DNA of 62,964 bases, the filler included, from Reticulomyxa filosa (lineage: Eukaryota; Protista; Foraminifera), in assembly GCA_000512085.1 (NCBI GenBank). It is 17 parts of 17 records of this genome, joined end to end, with 100 filler letters (N's around TTAATTAATTAA, not from the genome) between each part and the next. Parts side by side here need not be neighbours in the genome. Positions count along the whole stretch, not along the records: positions 39,732 to 42,283 come from ASPP01023847.1; positions 42,384 to 45,683 come from ASPP01002274.1; positions 45,784 to 52,076 come from ASPP01004900.1; positions 52,177 to 53,492 come from ASPP01026076.1; 13 more parts are not named here. One strand, given 5' to 3'. Position numbers and translations under genes: made by a program. Positions 41,282 through 53,592 of this stretch are shown here, piece by piece. Each line of letters opens with the position of its first letter. The first letter of the stretch is position 1. Below the pieces are notes generated by a model. It was not told the DNA's origin and did no database searches. It was given only the letters and a program-made list of their open reading frames with translations.

Positions 41282-42188
41282 ATGAACAACAAATCAAAAA
41301 ATCAACTACAACAACCACTAGTTATTGATAGTAATAACAACGATAATATTGTTGATGGAATGCTTCAAGTGCTCATATCGTCATCGATTCCGCCCAAACA
41401 CCAAGTTGCCACCAATTCAAAACGACCATTCACTGACAAAGAAAAACAACAATTGGCAAATGAAGTGCAAAAGGCAACTGAGGAGAAGGAGAAGGAAATA
41501 AAGTTTACATGCAAATACCGCGTAGTGATCCATCTCGGAGCGATGGCAAGAAAAAGGTGGAATTGACTTCGAGTGCCGTCGGCAAAATCCATATCGGCAC
41601 GTGTGTCACTGTCGAGGAAATCCAAGGACGACGTGCTCGCATCAGCGAACCTTTGGTCGGCTGTTTGTCCGTGCACACCGATGGCGAAAAGAGTCGAATC
41701 ATTTTGCAAAAAGAAGGCACCAAATCGCCCGAAATGGAAGCGGCATTGCAAGCTGAAAGAGGAAGACAAACCAAAGTACTCATTTTGAAATCCATTACCA
41801 CCTTAAGCGATGCAACTGTCGAACGATTGCTCGAAAAGTCCGACTGGAATCTCAGAAATGCCATCGATGCCTTTTACACTGCTAAATATAAGGTTCTTTC
41901 ATATTTTATGTACATATATATATGTATATATGTTATGTATACATATATGTATTTTTTTTTTTTTAATGTGGAATTTAACAATAGACACTCGAATACGTAA
42001 TGAAAGCTCAACAACAATCACAACAAATGGTAAGCTCAACTGAAACTGAAAAGGCCAACTCCTCCAGCACATTGACCATCCCAAAAGAAAATAAACCTTC
42101 CACTGCCAATCCTACTGGTCGCAGACAATCCAAGTTGTTGTTTTGGAAATCTTGGAAAAAATTTACTGTTGAAAATGGGGGGCAGTAA
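41282..42188 (+). CDS. Protein with an SH3-like segment and a UBA-like (TAP-C/UBA_4) domain; frameshift ~41550; intron ~41893-41983
   Basis: LKSITTLSDATVERLLEKSDWNLRNAIDAFY is UBA-like. Confidence 0.6.
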
Positions 42189-42784
42189 TTTCAAATGTAT
42201 TGCATATTCGCAAAAAAAAAAAAAAAAGATAACAGGTGATCGTTGTAAAAAAATTTTTTGCTTGTGGTTCATTATTCACACAANNNNNNNNNNNNNNNNN
42301 NNNNNNNNNNNNNNNNNNNNNNNNNNNTTAATTAATTAANNNNNNNNNNNNNNNNNNNNNNNNNNNNNNNNNNNNNNNNNNNNTTTTTTTTTTTGCAATA
42401 TGTCTTCCCATTCCAAAACCATGAGAAACAGTGCGGACAAATTACAATCCAAAACTTTTGACTGAATGTTCTGTTTCCCAAAACTTAAGACAAAAAAACC
42501 TTTCTTTTTTTTTGTGCCACATTCCACTGTGGTTTTATTTGATTGCAGTTCAAACCGTTTTTTTCTTTAAGGAAGCAGACTGTACGAGTTTGCCATTGGA
42601 AAATTTTTTTGACCGAACAGTATCAAGTTTCCATGTTTAGGAGCATGGAAAAACTCTAGAATGTTCTTTCGTAGTTTTATTTCCTACGCAAAAGGGGTTT
42701 GTTATTGATATTACGCATGAGTCCCGTAGAAAAAAATTTACTGTTCATGCGTTTCTGTATGAGTCATCATCGCAAAAATATTTA

Positions 42785-43245
42785 CCATTACTGCTGATAA
42801 AGACAGATCCAGTCAAAAGGAAACTGTGACATGTTGAAACCAGCAAAACAGTTGGCTGGAGAGCATAAAAAATTGAGAGAAATGGTTGATGCCAAAAACA
42901 AGTTAGAATCGGCCGCATACAATTTGAACAACGGATTGGGTGATGAAAATAAACTCGGTGGACGTGTTTCTAAAGCCAACAAGGAAACATTGACAAATGT
43001 ATAATTATTTTCAATCTTTTTCCTTTTGCGATATTATTATCTAAATAAACTTTTTGTGGACACACCAGGTTTTGCAATGATGTTATTTCATGGCCGGAAA
43101 AAGACACTGATGCAGAATTTGATGGTTACAAGGACCAACAAGCAACTTTTGATCCAATTGTTCAATCAATTTTAAAAAATTTCTGCCATAAGCGCGCACT
43201 AGTTGGGGTGACGCTGATGACATCAATTATGTAACGGATCACTAA
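42785..43245 (+). pseudogene. Hsp70 (BiP-like) C-terminal lid pseudogene
   Basis: ITADKDR...KLREMVDAKNKLESAAYNLNNGLGDENKLGGRVSKANKETL...NDVISW...FDPIVQSIL, with frameshifts. Confidence 0.75.
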
Positions 43246-43724
43246 ACAACACAAATTTGAATAAAAATATTTTTTATAATTTTAAAGCTGAAAGAAATGA
43301 GAAATAATTTTTAATGGATATGTTTATTTTAATTTGTACCTTCGGTATAAAAAATCAAACTTAAGTTTTAAAACTACACGTACTCAAAAATTTCATTGTA
43401 AGATAGTTTTGATCTTACATTATATAATACGAAATGGACAAATCTCTTTCTCACATTATAAAGTTTTTGTAGGAGAAATTGCAATGAACAATAAAAATTG
43501 AATTTTTTGTGGTCCTTTTGAAAAAAAAAAAGGTTGTAAAAAAAGGATATATTACAAATTGAAAATAGCTGTTGTTTAACAAAAAAAGCTTGTCGAATCT
43601 ATCCTCACAACACAACAAATAATAATTAAATTTAAACTTTGGTGGACTAATTCGTTGTAATTTGAATGAAATTGCGAAATGTTGCACCAATTACTTGTTG
43701 AGGTTTGCTCCTTCGAAATTGATT

Positions 43725-44909
43725 TCATTTATTGTATTTGATAACAATTTTATTGAAATCATCAATCCATCCTAATTTTATCTTCAAAATTCGAACCCAA
43801 TATTGAACGATATATTTTATTTCATTTTTTGACTGTTCATTATTTATTATTTGTTACAATAAAACGTTGTTTATGTTTCATCAAAATAAATAATAAAATA
43901 ACTAAATTATTACCAACTGTGAAGTATCCCATATACGCATTTTAGTCTTCATGTGAATTGATAATGGGCTATATGTATCATCTTGTCCTCCAATGATATG
44001 TATATGATTGTCTTCTTCACTCAATATTGCAATACAATCACGTAATGGACTGGGTAAAGTGTTTTGAAATGTCATCCATTTGTTTTCTCGAATTGAATAC
44101 TTGTGTACTGATTTTGAAAGATCATTACCATATCCACCAAAGAACAAGATGACATCATTGATACACAAATACGCATACGAATTGAATGGTGCAATGTCGT
44201 CACAAACATGTAGTTGATGAAATTGAAAAATGCTATAATCTTCGTGTTTAATTGATAATCCTGTTTTGTCACAAAACAATAACATTTGATAATTTCCTTC
44301 ATTTGCTTTTATCATTTCTTGTCCTTGTTCATTTTCCAAATTTGATACAAAGCAGTGATACAATATATTATTATCAGTTGGTAAAATACTATGTTGAATA
44401 AATTGAAATGTATTTAAATCAAATACACTAATATTATTATAAGAGTAAGTGATAAATAACAAATGATTGCTTCTTCCACCAATCACTGCACGTACTCCTT
44501 GATAATCATCATAATCTCTTCCAATAAGAATTGGACGATTGTGATTGTCTGTGAAAGGAATCCATTGATTGCAATTGTTTGGATTGTTTGATATATTACT
44601 CCAAACACTTACATATTTCATCACCAATGTGTGTCTTGAATCTTTATATCCACCAAAAGACAATAAAGTGATTTGACTACTGTCTTTATTGTTGTTATCT
44701 ATTAGTGTCACTACACAGTGTCCATTCAATTTAACATGACTTGGATACTCACAGATAAGCTTGTATTCGTTTTTGAGTGTATGATAAGAATAACACGCTC
44801 CTTCATGTCTACCTCCACAAATGAGGATTTCGTGTTTGTGTGGCACACATTGAGATCGATAAAGCGGGGTAGGTAAATCCTTCAAATTTTGAAAGATTTG
44901 GTTGCTCAT
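43725..44909 (-). CDS. Kelch-like beta-propeller protein; exons 43914-44909 and 43725-43832
   Basis: ILICGG, LLSFGG, ILFFGG and IHIIGG repeats. The last exon reads SKNEIKYIVQYWVRILKIKLGWIDDFNKIVIKYNK*. Confidence 0.88.
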
Positions 44910-45783
44910 GTTGAGGAATTATGGAGTAGTTTAGATTTTTAAAAGGGGCGTACATGAAAAAAGCTTTCCTTTTAAAAGAAAAAATGTAATTTGACTTTCT
45001 TATGATAAGATTACAGTATTAATTGTATCGCACAATGGCATAACTATAATTGACAAGACTATTTTCAAAAGTGCAGAATGTTTTCAATATTATAAAGAAC
45101 TCTTCGTTATAATATATTCTTGTATCGTTTTCCAAAAACAAAGTAAGATCAGCTTAAACATCATTTTGCTTAAGTTCACAAAGGAAGCCTATCGTGATAC
45201 TTAGAAAAAGGCTATTGATTGTTCCATATTTTGATAATCTCTCAAAAAAATCAAAAGCAATACTAATAAACAAAACTAATAATTACACAAAAAAAAGCTG
45301 GTATTCAATTGCGTTATACTTTTTTTACAATAAAGACATAAGGATGAGTAATCCCAAAATGTCAACGCAAAATCGATAAATATTTGAAAATAACATTTAT
45401 CCATATACATTATGTACTGATAGTTCGTAAAGTTTTAATTTCGTTTATTTAATTTTTTATAAACTGAATTTTTGGTCTCAATCAATCCAGATTACAGATA
45501 ATTTGTTTCGTTTTAAGGAGACAATGCATTTGTAGAAGGTATTCATTTGTACACATTATTGGAATGTCTAATTATATATAAAAAAAAATTGATAAAGACG
45601 AATAATGAATAACAGTAATTTTGCTTTTCCAAGGTCAGTTGTTTCGTTTTTTCAAAGGACAATTTTTTTTTTCTTTTTAAAAANNNNNNNNNNNNNNNNN
45701 NNNNNNNNNNNNNNNNNNNNNNNNNNNTTAATTAATTAANNNNNNNNNNNNNNNNNNNNNNNNNNNNNNNNNNNNNNNNNNNN

Positions 45784-46176
45784 ATGTGAAATAATCAATA
45801 CTATTTATTCGACGACTGTGTCCAGTAAAAGTCTTGAGTAATTTGGATGATGAGCGAAACACTTCAAGCATGAAACAATTAGCTGCCTGTATTAAATTAT
45901 GAAAATAACAAATAATATTTACCAAATAAAATAAAAAATAAAAAGCATAACATATTTGACAATAAGCTTGTCAAAATCTTGGATCCATCCTAATTTAATT
46001 GTTAATACTCTAACCCAATATTTAATAATTACTTTAATCTCTTCTTCTTCTGATAGATTTATCTGAAATCACAACCAATTAATCCTACAAGATAATTCTT
46101 CTGAAAGATGAGTGGAAATGAAACGTACCACTGACTGTTGTATTGACGACACTTTTTTACTGATAGGATTTCCCAT
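45784..46176 (-). CDS. WD40-family protein N-terminus, 3'-partial
   Basis: EEEIKVIIKYWVRVLTIKLGWIQDFDKLIVKY followed by FRSSSKLLKTFTGH, as in the gene at 21292-21870. Confidence 0.8.
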
Positions 46177-46582
46177 TTTTTCAGTTTTTGTTGCTTTTTC
46201 TCTTGAGCTTTACTTAAACGATGATGGTGATAATACAAGATTTAAACTTGAACTTTTTTAGTGCTAAAATAAAAATTACAAATAATTCAATATATTTGGT
46301 CAGTGATATTTTTTATATCTACTTTTTTTAGTTTTGAAGAATAAAAAAAATAATGAGAGTGTTTAGTCTCATAAGTCTTATCAAAGATTAATGATTATTG
46401 TTTTGCTTTTGATATGAAACAATATCGTTGATAACGATAGCTGCATTGAAGCAAAAGACCAATTCTTTTTGATTAAATTACGGAAAACAAATTTTTGAAA
46501 ATAGTTCAAAAAATGTAAAATGTAAGAATTTATGGCGTTCTACAGCTCAACAAAAAAAATAAACTTACTAAACTTCAACATT

Positions 46583-46712
46583 AAAAATAAAAAAAAATAA
46601 AAAGAAGGTAAAAGCGAAAAAGAAAAAGTTTAATCAGGCGGCGCCCATTGGCGTCGCCTGGAACAAACTATTTCTTTTTGCTTTTATCTTCTTTTTATTT
46701 ATTTTTATTTTT
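46583..46712. repeat. ~130-nt hairpin with a GC-rich apical stem and purine/pyrimidine arms
   Basis: CAGGCGGCGCC-CATT-GGCGTCGCCTG (46635-46660), flanked by AAAGAAGGTAAAAGCGAAAAAGAAAAAGTTT and AAACTATTTCTTTTTGCTTTTATCTTCTTT. Confidence 0.8.
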
Positions 46713-49144
46713 TCCAAAACGCCACAAAAAAGGTTGATGTTCACACATAAAAAATGAAAAGTTTTATTTTGTTTTATTATTGTGTTTTTTTAAATGATAT
46801 TATTTTTTAATTTTATGATTTATTTTAACATTTTTTATTTTTTATACAAATATGTTCAGTCATTGTCTTATATTTGGCTTTTACTAGGTGGAAAAAATAT
46901 TATTTATAATTCATCACTAAGTGACTATTACTAGCTTCGACACTATTTTATTGATTTGAGTTTTTTGTTTTTGTAGTAGCTATTTTTTCGTCTTTTGAAT
47001 CTAGTCTTCAAAATTTACGTTTTATTTACATTAATTATTACATTTTGTCACTATATTGACATTTATGTTAGTTTTTGTATCATTCAGTTTGTAATCAAGA
47101 CATAAATAAATTAATTTTATCTACTCATTTTTTTCTGATCTCTGAAAGCGACATCTAAACAACACAATTTTTTAATACAATATCAGCTTTAAAAACATTA
47201 CAAATATAATTGATCAGTTTTCGACATAGCACAATTTAATTGTATTTTTGACTTCAGTTGTCATTTTCAAATATGACATATCAAAAATTATACTATCATT
47301 ATTGCTGCAATTGTCACAATCGTTATTATTATTTATGTTGTTTACATTTTTATTATTACAACAATGATTACAATTCCTTTTGATATCATTAGCTCCATTC
47401 TTTCTTAAAGTTCACATCAATACTTTTTTGTTAGAATATTTAACTATGATTATGTTCCTAATATAAATTATATGTCAGACATCGCAACAATGTGTGGCAC
47501 TTGATTGTGTCATCATATCGACATATATGAATGTGCTAATTCAATCTTATCACTTTCATCATTGAAATAGCAAATCGATTTATACAAATGTATCTATTTA
47601 CATTTATCATAAAACAATTCTCTTTTCGTTAAAGAAAATAAAGCACAATATGATATATTTTGCATTTTATGATAGTCCGTTCAAACCATTAAAAAATATA
47701 TTTAATTGTTTCAAACGCAATATTTTTCTATCGGATAGTACAACTAATATCGTGATGTTATTGTGATCAATTTGAATTTTCCAAAGATCTTCAATTGGTC
47801 TGCAATAAATTTACGTTTCAAATGTTGTATTAGTCTTATGTGTGGCTGTTGTAGATGACATATTAATATATCTTTAAATTAGCATTTGTAATTTCATAAA
47901 GCAAATATATCCTTGAACAAATTCCTTTACTCCGTCCATTTCGTCTTCAACATTTTGTATAATTTCATTATCTACTCTTATGTTACGAATATGTTATATA
48001 TTCATGTTTTTTTATTAAAAAAAAGAACGTCTTAAATCACAATTTTCGTTAATACTATTGACAAATTTACTCATTTACTGCTCTTATAGTTTGTTTAGTC
48101 TCAAATTATTTTTGTGATATCCTTGTCCGAATATGTGGTGATATTGTCACATAAACACCTAGTTTTCTTAGCTTTATCGTCAATGAACTTCGCGTTGCGA
48201 CTATGTTTATGTCTTAACGTTAATTGTGTTAATTAAGTCTTACCTGATGTCTGAGTTTGCGACATCTATCGTCATGACATGTTAAACACTTAATTCCAAT
48301 TCTTCAATTTGCTTGCAACAGCTTCAATTTGTACATTTCTTTTGGCGATAGCGTTTCTCCAACTTGGCGTACCACGTGTCTGCCCAATCATGCACGCACT
48401 TGTAGAACGGTCTTCTTTATTTTGTTCATCACTTTGGTCACATAACCGACTTCATGTCATTTTATAACACGTTACTCAATCCTTTGGCTCAGTCAGCAAC
48501 GAGTGAATATATTTATTGCGTTCATCCACTTGCACTAGTTCCTCGTCCAAGTTGGAAACTCAGTCTCTTCTTTTGTGTCATTGCCGTCGTCAATGCATGA
48601 AGTTTCATCGTTTTTCTCAAGTATTTGACTGCGTCAAACTGCACAATCTGTTGGATCAACAAGTCAACATTGTTTTGCTTTTTTGTCAATTTTCATTAAC
48701 TGTTCTCCATCTTGCTTATTTTATCTATACATTCAAAAATTAAATAAAAAAACGCTTGAAACAACATAAACAAGTTTCTCAAATACTTCACAAAACATTG
48801 CGGTTACTGATGCCTATTTGTAAAACATGTTATTAAGTGAATTTTGGACAAAAATGCATTTGTTTTAGATTGATTTATATTTATTACCATTCCAGTGACG
48901 ATCTAAAATTTCTCTTTTTACAAGCTCAAAATTTACTTCAAAAAAAAATGATTGTTGATTACAATGAGTATGTGCCGTAGTTGCAACGAAATTATTGTTA
49001 CATTAAGACAGCAAAAAAATGACTTAAAGAATTATGAATTTAAAAAAATGCAAGACATAAATACTGTTTTATCATTACTGATTCAAGTTCATTGCATGCT
49101 TATTAATAATTAACAAAAAAAAACAAATGGAGTGATTATCGTTT

Positions 49145-49755
49145 TTAAAAAATCTTAATCTTTTTGGTGGCCCATGGCACATTTAAATACCGCAACAACA
49201 CCAATGCAATGAAGAATAACCCAATAGAATACCACAAAATGTCTATAAAGCTGTTAATTTGGCTCCAGCCTATTGCGCAAGAGAGCAAAGCCCCCACTAA
49301 CAAGATGCGTCCCGATTTAATATGCAAATCACGCCCCTCGGCCCTTTTGGCAGGACTATTACCCGGCCACATTCCTTTCAAGGCCAGCGTTACCTATTCA
49401 AACATCGCCAACAGTGAAGCATTAAATGTACAATAGTGAATCATTATTTTTTACAACCCGAATGGATTGGAAAATTCTTGAAATTCGATAAAGGAGGGAA
49501 GAACAAACAAACTGAAGTATTTGCCATGAGTAATACTGCCAATCCGAGCCAAGAATGCCAGGTTGTATTGTGGTGTTTTCCTGATGAGTTTTTGTGTGTC
49601 CAAATCACATACCAACCGAAATCATAACATAGTGCCGCAAGTAGCTGACAGTTCATGTGTCTCCAGTGATCACGACCAAAAAACTCCAAGGTCACCGCGT
49701 AGCACATCAAACCAATAAAGCCAATTGTCATGAATATTGGATGGTATTTAACCAT
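49145..49755 (-). CDS. Cytochrome b561-domain protein, 2 exons seen (intron ~49394-49513); start uncertain
   Basis: Four heme-ligand His positions (YHPIFM, RHMNCQ, TWHSWLG, DLHIKSG) with transmembrane helices between them. Confidence 0.8.
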
Positions 49756-50189
49756 GAACCGTCTATCACAGCGTAGCTTACTTTTTTTTATTTTTTTTTA
49801 TCCAGTTTTGTTTTGTTTTTTTTGTTTTTTGTTTTTTTTTTGTTTGTTTTTCGATATTTGGGGCATGCACACAGTCAAGTTTTGCGCTTTGTCGTTTGTT
49901 TGTTTAATTCTGTTGCAGGTCAACTGAAAATGAACAAAAGATGAGGAGGAATATTTGAAACACCGTGATATACATAATGAACGGTTCCCGGTTGAATTTA
50001 TTTTGCGAACTCTGGAAAAATCAAGTTTTCATACCGTTAGTCCCCTTCGAGGTTTTGTTTTTTGTAGAGAAAAACGAAGCAGACGACGATTTAGTAAGGA
50101 AATACTAGAAAATATATGCAATTCTTTGTATAACCTTGCAACAAACAGTTTAGAGAGAAATCTCACTTTTTCAAACAAAAAATTCGGCA

Positions 50190-51042
50190 ATGAATCGAAT
50201 AAAAAATCCTCTGTTTAAATTGATCAATTCTTCTTTCTTATCACAAGCCGTTCGACCAAGGAATATCTATCCACGTCATTTCATTGCCTCCAATCCAAAC
50301 ATAATGGCAGCTGATGATTCCAAAAAAACTGATACAGTAAAATTGACAGAAGAAGAGTGGAAAAAAAAGGTAACAATTTTATGCGATCTGTCGCAATTGT
50401 CTATTGGTCACACGCCCCCCTAAGCCAACTCACGACCCAAATTAAAAAAATTATTATAGCTGACCACAGAGGAATATCGCGTATTGCGCGAAAAAGGGAC
50501 CGAAAGGTTTAATCTTTTTTTTGTTGTTGTTGTCAATTATTTTGAAAATAGCTAACCAATTTATTTTTTTTTTTTTTTTTTGCGCACGTATCAATCGTCC
50601 AGCCCTTTTTCAGGAGAGTATCAAAAGAAGGAATACGACAACCTGAAGAGTGGATATTTTGCTTGCAGGGCTTGCAGTTAAAAAAAAAAAGCATTTTTTT
50701 TTTTTTTTTAGAAACGCTTATTATTTTGATTTGTCAGACAACCCGCTGTACTCGTATCAGGCAAAGTTTTCGTCACATTGTGGTTGGCCTGCCTTTGACA
50801 AATGCTTTGAGAATTCGATAAAAACGAAAACCGACAAATCTCATGGGATGGTTCGTGTCGAAATAATGTGTGCAAAGTGTGATGGACACTTGGGTCATGT
50901 GTTCGAAGGAGAAGGTTACAACGAGTCAGACAAAGGGGAAGTTTCTCGCACTGACCAAAGACACTGTGTCAACTCCATCTCCATCAAATATGTCAAAGGC
51001 AACTTGGAAAAGCCGCCAGCTGAAACAGAACTCCAAATTTAA
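50190..51042 (+). CDS. msrB: Methionine-R-sulfoxide reductase, 4 exons
   Basis: LTEEEWKKK|LTTEEYRVLREKGTER|PFSGEY..CRAC|NPLY..KFSSHCGWPAF..CAKCDGHLGHVF..RHCVNS. Confidence 0.96.
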
Positions 51043-51523
51043 TTTTTTTTCCCTCTCATAAAAAGTCCTTTGAGAAACTAATGAGGAGAGTATACGTTGG
51101 ATTTTGCACCACACAATCTTTTACTTGTAGAAATTATGTACATTTCAAAAAATAAATAGCCTAAATTGAAACAACTCATAGAGTTTTGACGTAGCTTAGC
51201 CTTTGCGTCTCACTGTTCCTTTAATTGATGATATGTTTTCAAAATTTAATACAATTTTAAATATTGTGGTGGTCAAATGATACTAGTTGTATAAAATGGG
51301 CTGGACAAGATTTGGCTTTTTGAAGTATTTTTTGAAATGAGTTTTATACACTTGCAAACTGCCATATTCAATGCAAGAGAAAGGAACAAATACAAGCTGT
51401 TTCTTTTTTGAAGGAGGCTTTTGACGAAAACTAAGAGTTCACGAAACAGCGGGCACTTCTAGCGGTGGCGGGGTTTTTTTTAAAAAGTGGTAGCAATCAG
51501 CACTATTACTTTTATGTGTTCAC

Positions 51524-52030
51524 AATGGGCAGTTTGGAGGCAATAAATGGAGTAGTTTTGGTTTTTAGTGCGTTGTCTTCCTGTCTCATCATCAACTGGA
51601 CGTTTGTGTATTATCACTTGTGTGGCCACGTAGCGCTTTTGAAGCGACATCCCTTGCTAACAGGTGCAACTTTCGACAGTGTTTAATTGTGTAGACGAAC
51701 TCCCTCCCCCCCCTCTATGCTCCTTTCTCCTTTTTTTTCCGAGCAAGGCACAAAGCAACAGAGCACACACACACACCGCTAAAAGTAGAGTCAGAAGCAT
51801 ATCAAAACACATACACACACAAACACAAAAAAAAAAAAAAACAAGTGGTTGCCGGGTTCCCAGCATTGGTGGTATTCATGGTAGCCCTACCGACAAGCAT
51901 ATTATTGGGACAGGTGAAAGAAACAGAAAGCCCATTCCACGAATGGGAGCTAATTCCGACATTGACAGGGCACATTGGTTTAGGTGGTGTGTTTTTCCTC
52001 ATCGCATTCCGATTGCATCTTTGTTGGTAA
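51524..52030 (+). CDS. Multi-pass membrane protein N-terminus, 3'-partial
   Basis: Two hydrophobic exons separated by a GT..AG intron. Confidence 0.45.
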
Positions 52031-53592
52031 GTAACATACACACACACGCAAAAAAAAATGGACGTTTTTTTTTTTTNNNNNNNNNNNNNNNNNNNNNNNN
52101 NNNNNNNNNNNNNNNNNNNNTTAATTAATTAANNNNNNNNNNNNNNNNNNNNNNNNNNNNNNNNNNNNNNNNNNNNTTTCCATTGAAAATAATAAATGTG
52201 GATAAAAAAAATCACTTTACGTTTTCTTTAATTGGTTGAATTTCAAAGATTTGATAATTACAAGCAAAAAGAATTCAATTCAAAAAAAATCTCAAATGAT
52301 TATATTGGTTGTTTCTTGTAAAAAAACAAAGGCTTATATAGATTTTCTTTGTTGAAAAATGATGTCATAATCAATAGTGTCTTGACTTTCCACACAATAC
52401 CATTTCAAGGCCTTTTTTTCTCAACTTCGTTTCAAACAAAATTATTTAACCACTAAAATGAACGTTAGAAACTCAAATTTTTTAAAAAGTTTTTGCATTG
52501 GGAAAGAGTAAAGATGCCACACCTACTCCTTACTTCATCATACACTCCACTGGTTGTGAGCACCTGCTATAGCCCAAACACAAATTGATTTTAGCTAGAG
52601 ATATTTTGCACATTGTAGTAGAGATGACAACAAATATATTTTTCAAATTTTTATAAAAAATTATTTACAAAAGGCAAATTGCGTATTACTATTTAGTGCA
52701 ATAGGTGAACAATTTCCGACAATTAGAGAAGAAAAGAGAGTTTGTGTTTGTTACTGCAAGCGTTATATATCCTTTAGATTAATTTTTATTAAAAAGTGGC
52801 CACATCGCTTAAATATTTATCACAAATTTGAGCGAATCGTGGATGCAAGCTTGCAAAAATGAACAAAATTAAATATATCACCCAATCGTTTTGACAATTT
52901 TGCTAAGCCATTCCATCAATTTTTTTGTTAGTATCATTTTTTCAAAAAAATCAAACAAAGGTGAACAATTGAAAACATTTTTATAAATGTAAGAAGTCTA
53001 TGCATAATCTATATATCTTTAATGGGTTTTTGAACCATTTGGAAGCTACTATCTTTGCTGTTGCTATGTCCAGTTTTATTACACAGTGCCAATATAATTT
53101 AATATACTTTTATCTAATGTTGGTGGTAATACATATCTATTAGCTTGTAATAATTTTCCCAACCAGATGATTCATCTTTTAATTTTTGTTATAGTGTAAC
53201 TGTCGGTTGTGAGATAAAATTAAGGGATCAAAGATTGAATGAAATGAATAAAAAAGAAAACAGACCCATATGTTTGCGTTTAGAACAGTGTACTTCAACT
53301 GGATTGTTTGCTATTTGCTTGAAATTACAGCAGACCTAAAAAGGTTCCCAATGCTGTTATTGGTTTATTGCAACATTAAATAATACCAAAATTTTCAAAT
53401 TGGAAAATAAAATAAATTGTAAGTAAATTAAAATTTTGAAGAAAATATAATAACTTCCAATTGATACTTTCAGATCAAATAATCATTTTATTNNNNNNNN
53501 NNNNNNNNNNNNNNNNNNNNNNNNNNNNNNNNNNNNTTAATTAATTAANNNNNNNNNNNNNNNNNNNNNNNNNNNNNNNNNNNNNNNNNNNN

